From the human T2T-CHM13v2.0 reference genome, Homo sapiens, in the NCBI RefSeq assembly GCF_009914755.1, contig NC_060939.1: DNA of 64,000 nt; one strand, 5' to 3'. Below the pieces are notes generated by a model. It worked only from the letters and a program-made list of their open reading frames with translations, had not been told where the DNA came from and searched no databases. Shown here piece by piece: positions 20,796-41,275 of this stretch (the first letter of the stretch is position 1; each line of letters starts with the position of its first letter). The translations under genes were made by a program, and so were the position numbers.

Positions 20796-21777
20796 CAAAA
20801 TGTCAGCCCCTGATAGGCCCTGCTGCCTTTGGGATCCAGTGTCTGATCAAACGTGCTGAGGACAGGAGCTTTGACCTTGACTCTTCAGGTCCAAGTTGGG
20901 TCCCAGCCCCTTCCTAGGCCTTAGGCATCTCAACTGAGGTCTATCTGAGGATTTGACACCAGTCCCCATGGGTCTGTCAGGCCAGCAGAGGGGGTGAGCT
21001 CGTGGGTATGAAGTTTTCTCCCTGTGGCTGTGGGAGAAGCATGAGTCCTTGGCTCATGAGTGCCCGCCGCCCTCTGGTGGCTGGTGAGACAGCCAGCCTG
21101 AGGGCAGAGCTGGGCGGGGTGAATCCAGGTGGCCCTACCTCAGGCAGTATTCGGGGGGGCTCCAGAGGCCCCCCTGCAGGCCTGGCCTTACCACCATGGC
21201 CTAGGCAGCCTCTCTGGCTCCTCCATTTTACACCTCAAAGCTGCTGAGTGATCCTTCTAGAAAACAGAGCTGCCCTTCCTCACTGGAAACCTTGCAGTGG
21301 CCCTGGTGTCTGGATCACTAGGTCCAAACTCTGTGGCTGGCTCCCACAGCCTGGCCCCAGATTCTCTCCAGACTCATACCGCCCCCTGTCCCACCACCTT
21401 CCAAGTTCCTCCCATCTCCTTATCAAGCTCTGCGCTTCCCTGTGTCTGCATGGGCTGCGCCCTCTGTCAGGTCTGCCAGCCCCCTCTTCTCCAGTCCAAG
21501 CCTCTGCTAGTCCCTGCTTAAAGGTCATGCCTGGGACCCCTCTCACACTAACCACCCGACCTGGGATGGGTGAGTCCCTCCCTCCTTCGTTCTCAGGACC
21601 CTCACAGATGTCTCTCAGGGACTGATCGTCTCCCTTGGCCACCCCACTGGACAGGCACTCTTCAGAGGACAGATCAGCTTCACTGTTCTTGGTGTCCCTA
21701 GGGCAGGAGCCAGTAGTAACCAGACAGCCTAAGGGCCCCACATGTTCCCCCCCCGCATATTCAGGCCCCCTCCTCTA

Positions 21778-22113
<336 letters not shown>

Positions 22114-22212
22114 TTAAATGAGCTAAAGTATGTAAGGTGTTGGTACCAGGCCCGGCACATGTAAGAGCTCAGGAAGCATTCTACTGGGTCATGTCACATC
22201 ATTAAGATGGGC

Positions 22213-22382
22213 ACAGCCAGGGACAGTGGTGCACGCCTGTAGTCCCGCTATTTGGGAGACTGAGGTGGAGGAATCACTTGAGCCCAGGAGTTTGAGGCTT
22301 CAGTGAGCCATGATCGTCCCACTGCACTCCAGCCTGGGCGACAGAGCAAGACCATGTCTCCAAAAAAAAAAAAAAAAAAAAA
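22213..22382 (+). mobile_element. Alu right monomer / FRAM
   Basis: Single monomer with poly-A. Confidence 0.85.
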
Positions 22383-23718
22383 TGCTGAGCACAGCCAGTG
22401 TGTTATCACTGGAGGCACTGCCTCATCTGAAGCAGAAGCAGAAGCACAGATTCGTCCTGTTACCCAGAAAAGCACACAGAGGCTCTGCCTGGATGTGTAG
22501 GGCTCTGTCCCCAGCAGAAGAAGATGACAGCCCAGGGCACTGGTGGCCCTCAGCTCAGGCCGTGTCAGGCCAGGATCGTGGGAGGTGGATGTGGGGTCAG
22601 ATAACTGGACCAGTCAAGCAGCAAGAGCCATACAGCCAGTTCAGGCCCAGGTCTGCTGTCACTCTGCTCCTGTGAATTCTCCCCTAGACCACCTTGGATG
22701 CTGCCTCTCCCAGGGAGCTGTACACGGATGCCTTCCTAGATCCCCAAATCACTCATCCTGCAGCCCTTCCATCCCAACTGAGCTAGCGCTTGGCTAGCGC
22801 CATTCCGTGCCCAGCCCAGGCCAGTGCGGGAGGCTCAGAGACAGACCACTTGGGTCCTACCCATGAGTGTCTCACCTGCTCCAGCAACCCTCTGAGCTTG
22901 CTCTTGAGCCCCTTGCTGGGCCAGACGGGGTGCTGGTCCAGGGCTGAGCCTGGGGCCCATTGTCTCTCAGGACTGAGGTCACAACCAGAGTGCAGGCCCC
23001 AAGTGGATGCCATATAGCACTCTGACTCCACCTTCAAGCCACACATCCCAGGCCTGGCAAGGGGCTACTGACGAAGTCCCACTGCAATGGGGAGTTGTGC
23101 CCCAAATGCCTTCTTAATGCTGAATGCACTTTACATATTATGGATAAGGAACTCATGAAACGAAACATTCAGATATATATGGTCTGAGGATCAGCAGCAT
23201 CAGTCTCACCTGGGAGCTTGCTCGAAAAGCAGAATCCTGACTCTACTCCACATGTACTGAGCCTGAATTGGCATTTGGACAAGATCCCTGGGGAGTTTAA
23301 AATTAAATTTTAACAGGTACGTTAAAGTCTGAGAAATGATGCTATGGATGACCACCATGCTGACCTCAGTGAGAAGCCACAGCCAGACAAGGGGGAGACA
23401 GAAAAGTTATCTAACAAAGCAGACACAGGTCTGCCAACTACAGCAGGCTTGGGGCCACTTAACAAAGGGACAAGCAAATGAGCACAAGCCCATGGCCTGC
23501 AGTTGGGTGGCCACTGATGTACAGCACCCTTACAGAGCCCACATAGCTTATTTATTCAGAGTACAGATGAGGAAACTGAGGCACAGAGAGGTTCTGTGAT
23601 CTGCTCAGAGCCACGCAGACACAAAGGGTGGAGCTGGGTTCAGCCTAGACCTGGGGGCCTCTGCTGCTGGTCCAGAGGCACAGATCCCCTGCTCGCCAGC
23701 AAGAGGTCCTGCACATAC

Positions 23719-23830
23719 CCGGAGCTCTGGCATCTGGATGATGAGGCTCATGGGCACGTGGACGATGGGGCTCTTCCTGTAGTCCATTGGGACGAGGTTG
23801 GGGGCCAGCTCATAGAATCGCGAATGCAGC
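23719..23830 (-). CDS. CIB2: CIB2 coding exon 3 (LHSRFYELAP...MPELR)
   Basis: Acceptor ttcctccaag|G, donor CGG|GTATGT; 112 nt. Confidence 0.96.
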
Positions 23831-24837
23831 CTTGGAGGAAAGCAGAGAAAAAGCGCTGGAGGGGGTGCCATCCCTAAGCCCCAGCAGCCCGGTGCTGTCC
23901 TGCCTAGGCCTCTGCCTCTGCAGAACATCCTCAGCCAGGACCAGGTAAGGGGCCAATGGGAGGCTCTCTGCTCTGCCCACAGGGTGTGAAGTTGGGAGGG
24001 AGGTGAGTTCTGCCCAGACCTCTGTGCTGATAACCAGGTTGTGTCCAGGCCTCCCTATTTCCACCACACCCACCCCATCAGCACCACCACCATCACTCCT
24101 TGGGCCTGGGTCCAAATCTTTTAATTTTTTCTCCTTTGGGCTCTCATAAGGGTTTTCTATGCTCAGGATACTGTGCTAAGCACTTAACACATCACCTAAT
24201 TTAATCCTCCTCCACATCACTGTGCAGACAGATGCATCCTGACCCCAGCTTACTGCTCAGCAAACAGGGCTGAAGAGGTTAAGAGTGATTTGTCTAAGGC
24301 CACATAACTAGGGAGCATCAAGGGCCATGGGTTGAGCCCAAGATGGGAAATCCAAGCAGAAACTCTTAGCCACTCTTCCCCCTTACACTCCTGAGGGTCC
24401 ATCAAAGCCTGGGCCCACTTCGTGGCCCCACCACCCCAACTTAAGCCCTGAGGGTTGGGTCTCTCTGGGAGAGCTCTCAGCAGTCCTCACACCCTCAGGA
24501 AGCCCCTATGAATGGGTCACCCATAACCTCTCTAACTGGGGGCCATCGGGACCCAGGCTGCTACCCTGGTGGGCCTGGCCCTCCCTCCTCACTGATGGGT
24601 CAGGTCCCTAGCTCCTGTCCCAGCCTCCAGGAAATCAAGCCCACCTCAACAAGCTGCATGGACCCTCAAAGGTGTAAGGCATCCTGGCACTGTCTCACTT
24701 GGAAGCTCCCTTCCTCCCCGCCCCCTGCCCATTATTCAGTCTTTCTTTGCCCTATGTCCACTTGTCCAGGTCCCTGTCATCCCAGAGAATAGCCCCCCAT
24801 CCCAAGACAGGTACAAATTGTATTTAGATGACATTGT

Positions 24838-25132
<295 letters not shown>

Positions 25133-25999
25133 TTGTGTCCATTAAGTGCTGCCATGGGTGGGACAAGTGTAAGGGGCATTGACTGTGGGCTGAGGTAGGT
25201 AACCTGCCTAAAGTGATGTCCTAGGCTGCTGGTGAATGGATTAGGTATGACCCTGTATCTCCCAGGCTTGGGCCGGCCCTGCCACCCCCAAAGCCAGATC
25301 AGCCCAGGTCTCCTTTTAAGTGGCTTGACCCTGTGACACACCCCAGGCCCACCTTTATCAAGCCATTCAGCACAGCCACCCAACCTTCCTTGGGTTCTAC
25401 CAGTTCTTGTGGTCCTGCTGCCTACTGTCCTTAGCAAGGCACCTGACTACTTACCCAGCTCAAACAGATAATAACACCAGCTATCGTTTAGCAAGTGCTT
25501 ACTCTGTGCCAGGCCCTGAACTAATCTTCTCTGTGGATTGCTTTACTTATTTTAATCCCCAAATCACCCTGAGAGGTAGATATTAGTCTCCCATTTTCAG
25601 GTAGGGAAAACTGAGGCTCAAGAATCAAGTGTCTTCCCCATCCTACACAGCCAATGAGCAGTGGGAACAGGACTTGAACCCAGGACCTCTGGACACCAAC
25701 CACTTGGCTCCTCCCTGCAAGTCAAGCCCTGGTAAGCACATCATCTGCTGGTTCAGAGCCTGTCCAGGGCAAATGAACAGTAAAATGCCACATGCCCACT
25801 TTGCCAGTCGCACATTCCTATAAAAGGGTCTGAAATTACAAGGATGTGCCATGACTTGGAGACAGAGCAGGAGGGGAAAACCCCTAAACTTGTACTTTGG
25901 GTGGGAGGAGGCTCAGCAAATGCCAGGGCGGTGGGATCAAGCTGAGACTCTCCACAAGAGGGCACTCAAGGACTTTCTTTGCTCCTATTTCTTGCATAG

Positions 26000-26360
<361 letters not shown>

Positions 26361-26869
26361 GGCATCTTCTTTCATAATTCATGCATCTGGTACTTTGACA
26401 TATCCATTGTGCTTCCAACTGCTACATTTCCCACTTGACCTTGACCCCACCTCATATGTGGCAGTGTGATGTTGGAGTGTTTCTAGGGGTTGGCCTACAC
26501 CTCTGAAGTTTTGTGGGATGGCTGCAGCAGGAGCATGAAGTCAGGCTGAGGTTGGAGCCCTGCCTACACCTCTCATTAGCAGTGTGGGTAAGTGGGTTAA
26601 TCCACTGAAGGATAAGTTTCTCTATCAGTAAAGCAGGGGCTATTCTACTGTTCTCACCCCTGGATGTTCATAAAACCACTGGCCTTCAACTGGCAGCTTT
26701 TAGCATGCTGCCTGCCACGTCAGAGGCTCCCTGGAAGGGGTGGACTAGGGAGAGAGGCTATGGGTGCTTGGCAGGGTTGAGGAGGTATCCTCTGGGGTGG
26801 GAAGGCCAGCTTCTACCCTGGGACACAGATCTGTTCTAAAACAGTAACTAAAATCACATTGGAATTTTT

Positions 26870-32880
<6,011 letters not shown>

Positions 32881-34017
32881 CTTCTCTTGACTGGCTTCAT
32901 TTTCTAATTTTTCTACAATCATTATGTATATGTGTAGTAAGTAATTAAAATAGGTTACACAAAGTTTTTAAAAGGTTGAGAAAATAAACAATAAAATAAC
33001 AAGTAGGCAAATACCTTGGAGTGCTGGCTGGGTGGGCCTCTCTGTGTACCAAGGGGACAAGGACTACTGTCCCGCTGATTAAAGAGCACAGCCTAATTAG
33101 GGCACAAGGGAAGTTGAAGTGCTAAGCTCTTACCTATAAAAAGCAAGGTGACTGAATAGCGTGGGCTGCCCACTCGGCCTCAATGTGGGAATGCAGGAGC
33201 TGTGTCCTGGGGAGCAATCGGATCTACCTGGGTGGGGGCAGGGCAGAGGGAAGGAGAATTGGAGGCGGGCTATCTGTGACTCGGTATCACTGCCCCAAAG
33301 TTGCCACAGAGCTGGGCCCCAACCTGCAAAGAAAAACCTCCTGCTCAAGTTTCCTCCTAGCCATCTGGTCAGTACGCAGGGAGCAGCTTACCAAGAAAAC
33401 CATCCTGGTGGGGGTGGGGAGTAGCATCCCTGAAAGGCCCTTGGGAGCAGGGAAGATGAGCATGGCCTGGGGCTGGATAGCCTGGCTCTGCAGCTGACTT
33501 TGCCCTCTCTGGGCTCCAGGCCTCAGTTTTGTCACCCGGACCTGAGATGTGAACAGTGGAGAGGGCTCTCCTGGAGGGGCAGTCAGTCATGCTGGCCTCT
33601 CCACAGAGAAGGCTGGAGAAAAGCGAAGGGGGGTGAAACTGGAATTGAGCCATCATGGCCATGCCTGTTCCCTCTAGGGACAGGCAATCCCGAATCTGTC
33701 TTGTCTTAACTACCCTTCCCTGAGGGTGGACAGGTGGGCAGCAAACTCCGGGTAGCTCTTTTCATGTTTAATAACACCATCACCCAGCCCTCCCAGACAC
33801 AGGGGCCTGTGAGAAAACAGCTCCTGCAAGCAATGTCATCCCCATGCTGCAGACGGGGCCTCAGGCTTGGGTTTTGCTCTGGTGTTGAATTACAGAGCCT
33901 AGGGTCCTGATGCGTGCAGAGGGGTGCAGGCCAGGGCTGTGGGGAGCCAGGACGCCTCTCCTCAAGCCCTCTCACCTGCCTGGAGCCCCTCATTTTCCAA
34001 GGGGCCAGGGATACCCC

Positions 34018-34387
34018 TGATATGGTTTGGCTGTGTCCCTACCCAAATCTCATCTTGAATTGTAGTTCCCATAATCCCTACGTGTCATGGGAGGGACCTG
34101 GTGGGAGGTAATTGAATCATGGGGGCAGTTACCCCGAGGCTGTTCTCATGATAGTGAGTTCTCACGAGATCTGATGGTTTTATAAGGGGCTTCTCCCCCT
34201 TTGCCCAGCACTTCTCTTTCCTGCCGCCATGTGAGGAAGGATGTGTTTGCCTCCCCTTCTGCCATGATTGTAAGTTTCCTGAGGCCTCCCCAGCCATGTG
34301 GAGCCATGAATCAATTAAACCTCTTTCCTTTATAAATTACCCAGTCTCAGGCAGTTCTTTATAGCAGCATGAGAATGGACTAAAACA
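34018..34387 (+). mobile_element. THE1-family solo LTR (ERVL-MaLR)
   Basis: TGATATGGTTTGGCTGTGTCCC...GGACTAAAACA, 370 bp, TG..CA ends, TSD ACCCC/ACCAC. Confidence 0.92.
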
Positions 34388-36270
34388 ACCACCAAAGGCC
34401 CATCATATTGGATCGGATTCCCGGACTGGCCTTCGAGCTCCTCTCTCCTCTTCCCCACACAGGCAATCTTGCTGCTGTCAATGAGACCACGGGAGGATGG
34501 GGGTGGGAGTGGGAGCAGGAGAAGCTGGCCTGTGTCTCACCTCTGCTGCTCCCCAGCCTGGAATGTTCTCCCTCAGCCAATCCTACCTGTCTTTCACCCA
34601 CACACTCTTCATATGGTCACTGGTGGCTAACAGGTGCCATGCTCCCTGTTAGTCCTGCCTGATCACAAGTCTGGTGGGGAGCTGGGCCCCTGGGTCCAGG
34701 AACCCAAGGAGCCCCTAACAGGCTGTTAGAGCAGCTGGGATAGCACTAGGGTGGCAGGGTGTTGGGGGTGCTTATAAAGGAGATGATTCTGGAGTTGGGT
34801 CTGGAAGGATGCATAGCAATGCTGTGGGCAGAGGAGAGGCGAAGGACACTCCAGGGAGTGGAGATAGCCAGTGCAAAGGCCGAGGCAAGGGGCTTTTGTT
34901 GCCAGAATGAAAATGGCCGTGGGCCTCAGAAGACAGGCAGCTTGGGCTTGGCATCTACAAAGGTAGGGAACCCGAAGCTCCCTGTGAGGCTCAAATGAGG
35001 CTCCATGCCAAGAACTCTGAAAGGTAAAAGGTGCCACAAGAATGCCAGGGGTGACAGCTTTGTTATTCCAATACCGAGAGCCATCCTGTCGAAATGGGGA
35101 CCTCACCCCTGACATCTCTCAAGCTACAGGGCAAATCCCACTTATCAAACACTATACCCCAGTGTTGCTGCCTCTCGGCAATGCTATGAGGGTAGGTTTC
35201 ACTATCCCTATTATACAGAAGAAAACTGAGGCTCAGGGAAGGTCAAATGGTTGCCCAAGGCCACAGATGCCAGGTCTACTGATGCCAGGCCTGGAGGCTT
35301 TGCCCCTTGCTCAGACTCTCTAAGGTGGTGGAAGTGGGGTATCCCCTGCCCATGCAGGTGACAGGTTGGAATAGCAGCCTGGGTAGAGAGGAAAGCCGAG
35401 AGGCACTGCCTGAATGAGCAGAATGGTTAGGGCAGTGACAAGCTGCAGCACAGCTCTCTTGGGAAGCTGCAATGGGCTCTGGTCCCAGCCTGACCATCGA
35501 TCTCCAGGGCAAGTGATCCTGGGACTTTGCTGGCTTTTAGTGCCACCCAGGCAGAGGGGCCTAGTGAGGCCCGTGGGGCAGTTTTCTTGGTATTCAGTGA
35601 TTCCTGCTCACCCACTGGTCCTGGGGTTCTGAGGCTGCCGATCCCCTTTATCTTTCCCATCCAGGTCCACCCCCACCCCCATCAACACCAAGGAGAAGGG
35701 CTGTCCTGGGAAGAAGCAGAGCCCTGATGAATAGCTCAGGGGTGGTGGCCATGCCCTCAACTTTTAGACGTCCTAGGAGTGGAAGAACATCAAAGCTAGA
35801 GCCAAAGGGCCCTTAGGGACCCCTGGTCTAACAGACAGGGACTCCCTGCTATACCAGGACCCAGGATGCAGTGAAATAGCAAGGGACCTGGAGTCAGAGG
35901 CTGGGTCTTGAGTCCCTGGCTCTGTGACTTTAGCCAAGTTGCTAAGCTCCATCTGTCAAATGGGGATAAATGGATTCTCTTGTTACAAGGTCACAATGAG
36001 GATTAAATAAGAATGTGCCGGAAACTACCCACCTGAAAGCTCATAGTAAGTAGATGTTCATTCCCCAGCAGGAGGATCTGGGCCCTGGGAGGAGTGGGAA
36101 GCTCTAACTCCATCCTAGCCCAGTGGCCGAGTGGGGACCTGAATGTGGCTCCTGATACATGCTGATGCTCTGCCTCAGCCCCAGGAGCACAGCCAGCCCA
36201 TGTGGGGTGCCCCAGCCTCACCCCGGCCCCAGTCCCAGTCCCAACAGGGTGAACGAGAAGCCACACTTAC

Positions 36271-36305
36271 TTGAGGATGTCCTTCTTATTGAAGAAGGTG
36301 CAGTC
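36271..36305 (-). CDS. CIB2: CIB2 coding exon 2 (DCTFFNKKDIL-K)
   Basis: Acceptor ttttccctcaacag|GAC, donor AA|GTAAGT; 35 nt. Confidence 0.96.
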
Positions 36306-38132
36306 CTGTTGAGGGAAAACACACAACACACAGTCAGTGTGCGGCTCCCAGACTTTCTTCCTCAGAGGCCTCGATGCCACAGGGCTCACAGGGGATAGCT
36401 CCGGACTGGGGACAGAAGAGTCACTACTATCCCTTTCCACCTTGCCCTCACCCACTGGGGACAGCTGGCTCTAGTAGGTATAGAAAATGCCTCCCAAAAC
36501 CTTTATCCATCCTGGGCTAGGCCTAAGGAGCTTAGTGCATGGTGGGGGGCTGTAGCATGCTTTAGGGTACACATGTAGGAGGAAGATGAATGCTCACAGG
36601 TATGCGTGGCTGATTTGAGTGCCAGTGGGATACACTGGGGGATGACAGGGAGGTGGCTGGGAGACAACTCCGAATGAGGACCCACAGGGCCACCTCGTGT
36701 AGCTGCATGGGGTGCCATCCTCACTGTAGCCCTGAGCATGGTGCTAGGGGGGTTGTGCAGTCCCAGGCTCAGAGACTGAGAGTTCCAGGCACATAGACTG
36801 GGGAAGCATCAGTATATACTTGGTGTCTGAAGCCAGAAAGGGATGAGGTCACCCAGAGAAGGGAGTGAAGAGGCCAGGGAGATATGGGAGGGAGAAACGT
36901 GGGCAGGGGGAACCAGGTAGCATCTGGGGTAGAGGTGAGGGTAGGGGCTGCTGGGGATCCCCAGGTAAGCATTACTCCAGGTGGGGGGCAGCACTTGGCT
37001 CCTAGGGCCATCCAGATGACAAACTCATCTCGGAGGGGTCCTGTCTTTGTTTAGATGAACTGCCTCTATCCACAGCTTGGCCTGCCCAAGGTGAGTATCA
37101 ACCACTGGGAGTCAGTGACAATGGCCACTATGCCAGCCCTTGGTGAAAAGTATAGAGGTGAAGAGGACCCAGCACTTTGTAAAATGCCCAACCGTAAAGG
37201 GCTTTTGTGCACCTCCCCTGCTGTTTAGCTCCTCCGCCTTTGTCCACTGTTACAGCATGAAGCAAGAAGGCCTCCTAGGTCTGCAGAGCCCAGAGCCCAT
37301 AGGGCCTCCTGGGGCCATAAGCTGACCAGAGCCAGCTCTGATGAGGAGTGAATGGCTGAAACTCAGGCCTGCAAACAGCCAGGCTTGCCCTGAATGAGAC
37401 CTGAAGCTGCTGGACATCAGGGCAATTGGATTGCGTGTTAAGAGGCCCAAAGAGAGGACGCCTGCAGGATGCACACAACATCTGGGGTTTCCACTGGGTG
37501 CCTTCGGGAGAGCTGAAAAGGGGAGAGCTGGTGGGAATTTCCAGGCCCCATTTGGCCCAACAAGTCTGTCCTTCTAAGCTGCTGCTCCCTGGGAGTTAGA
37601 CTAAGGATCCATGCTGGCTTCTTGGAAACACGAGGGGTTCTCCTGGGGGTCTCAGCTTTGCTTTTGACAGTGGTTCCTCTGTAGGAGCCCAGAAAGGCTC
37701 AGGCTGGGGAAGCAGTGCCCCCTGCTCCTCACCCAACACAGACAGAAAACTCCCTACTTAGCAGGCCTCAGGCACAGACAGGCTGGAGACACAGTGGGCT
37801 GATTTATCAGCAAACTCCAGAAACATGGTGCAGAATGTGGACTTCCCTCCACCCCAGGGCCGTTTCCATGGTCTAAGGTGCCCAGTGAGAAGGGCCAGGG
37901 CTCTCCCACCTAGCCTGGAGGAGGCAGTCAGCAGAACTGGAAATGGGGAGAGGTCCCAACTCCTGCTCTCTTCCCCCCGATCTGTCCTCCTTCCCCTCCC
38001 CTCTTCTCTCTCCTATCCCATGTGTTGGAAAGGAACTATCCAGGTCCTGATTCAAGGGTTCTCCTGACAAAAGATGCAAACACTTCCCCTATAACCCTGC
38101 TCCCTGTCACAATTACTTACACCTCCCTACAT

Positions 38133-38325
38133 CAATGGTCCTCACGCTGTGGCTCCTGGACCAGCAGCATCAGCCTCACTGGGAACTTGGTGAAAATGTA
38201 GATTCTTAGGCTCCACTCCAGATCTCTTGAATCAGAAACTCTGTGGGTGGGGTCCAGGGATCTGCACTTTAAAAAACCCTCCCAATGATGCTGATGCATG
38301 TTGAAGTGTGAGGAAGTCTGCTCTA
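38133..38325. mobile_element. MER5A hAT-Charlie (similar copies at about 23178-23340 and 45855-46025)
   Basis: GGACCAGCAGCATCAGC..TGAATCAGAAACTCTG. Confidence 0.75.
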
Positions 38326-38682
38326 GAGCAGAATCACTTGGGGGACTGTTTAGGATACCTGTGTCCCCCATCCCTCAGCAGACCCCAGACAAATTGTAGA
38401 GAAATCCCCAAGGATGGATCCAGGCATTGGCTGTTTTCAAAGCCACTCAGGTGGTCCCAACGTGCAACCCAGGCTGAAAACCACATCACAACCAGTACAT
38501 GATGTACCATGCACCTGGCACCTGGGGCTCTAAATATCCAATTTTTCTTAATCCTTATCATTAGCCAATGGGGGTGGGCATTATCTCTCTATCTTAAAGA
38601 TGGGCAACTTGAGACTCAGCAAAGTTGAGTAGCTTGCCTTAAGTTGCACACACAGCCCAGGAGGGCTGGGAATGGAACTTAG

Positions 38683-39008
<326 letters not shown>

Positions 39009-40960
39009 CTTCTTTTTTTCTTTTTAATGGGAGTAGACCTTGGGGCCCTCACTGGCAAGGAAGCAGAGGCAAGAAAAGATCCTCTGTGCTTCTTGGCCAC
39101 TGCCTATGACTACAAACAGAGCCATGACCACTGTACACCAGCCACTCCATGTCCTGCGTCTGCTGTGTATTCCTATACTTATACACAGCAGGTGCTTAAT
39201 ACAGGCTTGTGGGATGAGTGACCAGACTTTTCCATCTATGCCTTCCACAGCAGTTACGTTATTTCAGTGGCTGCAGAGTCCCTGCCTAGTCTTAATCTTT
39301 CTTCTCTTTCTGAACATTTAGTAACACCTATTTCTTGGTTTTAACATCACTGACAAAACTGCCATGAACCTGCTCATCAACTGATGTTTCACTTTTTCTT
39401 CTGTTCACTTGTTTCCCTGGGACTCACCCCAAGGAGGCAGTGCACAGGTAGTGAATATGGCAGGTGTTCTTAAAAGCTTCTCAGGGCTCAGGGTGGCCTA
39501 GAAGTGTGGCAGGGGAAAAGGTTTGGTAGTCAGGGTCAAATTCTAGTCTAGCTTCAGACCCTTAGGCAAGTCATTCTCCTTTCTGAGCCTCAGTTTCTGC
39601 ATCTGTAAAGTGGAAATAGGCCTCTCTGAAGGGGACAGTGTGAAGAGCAAATGAGATAAGGTACAGGAAGTCTATAGGCCCCAGCTGATAGGAAAGAGTA
39701 CAACAGCTCCATCCACCACCCAGGTCCCAAAGGCATCTCCCCAGAGTCGGTAGCTCTGCTGTCTTTCCCTTCTCTGGAGTCACCAAACACCCTGCCCACC
39801 ACTACACCCTCAGCTGCCCTGGGAGCTACAGCCCTATGTCTGAAGGAACCCTTTCTTACACTTTTGGAGAGCAAGTGCCCCATCACTGCTTGGTTCCTGA
39901 CAGTACACAGGGACACAGGGACAGGTCTTCCGGCAAAGGTCAGGTCTGGGTCATGAGGAGTGGAAGGGAGGGAAGGAGAGAGGGGGCCTAACCCAGGAGT
40001 GATGGGCTCTCAGAACATTGGCAGCAGAAAACAGGACAGGCTGGGCTTTTACAGTAGAAGCCCAGACGTTTTCCCAGTTAAGGCTTGAGTTCTGCCTCCG
40101 AGCCTATATTCACCCTATTCCCCAACTGGAGTGCCCTCTCCTCTTTCTCCAGGTTGTCCAAACCCTTTCTCCAAAGCTCAACTCAAGGGTGACTTGTTCC
40201 AGGTAACCCACCTGCCTCCCATCTCCTACATGCCTGGTCTGCCTGTGCCAGCTGTCAGGAGCCGAGCCATGGGCCCTCCCAGCTCTAATGGAAATGGCTC
40301 TCCATCCAGCTCTGCCAGCTCAGGCCTCAGCACTGCCCAGGGGACCATCACACGGCTCAAGGTCAGTCTCCAGTGATCTTAGTTGATCCCCACAAGAACC
40401 CTGTGACATGAGCACAGCTGGGTTAGTAGTTCCCATTTTAGAGGTGGAGACACTTAGGCCCAGAAGGGAACAGTGGCTTGCTAAGGCCCACAGCATCAAC
40501 TACCCAGCTGACTTGAATCTAGGGCTTCAGAATCTTTGTCTAGAGTTCTTTGCTCTCCTGGAGCCACGCCTTAACAAATATTTGTTCATTCATTTGACAA
40601 CATCCTCCAAACATCTCTTTTGTGCCTGGACAGAGGCCATACAAGAAGGAAGCTGGAGTGTAAACAGTGAGGTGCCCAGTATAAACCATTCTGTGGCCAC
40701 ACAAGGGACTGGGGATGTATATGTGTCAGGCTCCCTGAGTACTCCCAGCTGAATGGATTGGTGGGGAGAGAGTCAGGGAGCCCGTCCCAAAGAGGTGAGG
40801 CCTGGCCTGGACAGAAAGATGGGCCAGACTAGGTTAGCAAAGGAGCAGGGAGAGCAGCAGGAGAACAAGGGCCAGAGGTGAGGGAGGGCTTGGCTAGAAG
40901 CCCTTCAGTGTGCCTAAAACTTTGGGTGCAAAGGGAAAGGGAGTAAGAAATGAGGCTGGA

Positions 40961-41275
40961 GGCCCGGCGCGGTGGCTCACACCTGTAATCCCAACACTCT
41001 GGGAGGCCAAGGCAGGTGGATCACCTGAGGTCAGGAGTTTGAGACCAGCCTGGCCAACATGGCAAAACCCTGTTTTTACTAAAAATACAAAAATTAGATG
41101 GGCATGGTGGTGGGTGCCTGTAATCCCAGCTACTTGGGAGGCTGAGGCAGGGAAAATTGCTTGAACCTGGGAGGCGGAGCTGGGATGCGGAGGTTGCAGT
41201 GAGCCGAGATCACACCACTGCACTCCAGCCTGGGTGACAGGGCGAGCGAGACTCCGTCTCAAAAAAAAAAAAAAG
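40961..41275 (+). mobile_element. Alu
   Basis: Alu dimer with poly-A. Confidence 0.93.

Noticed and set aside
20982-20996. CTCF-like CCAGCAGAGGGGG
   Set aside because: Imperfect match; cannot be supported without ChIP data
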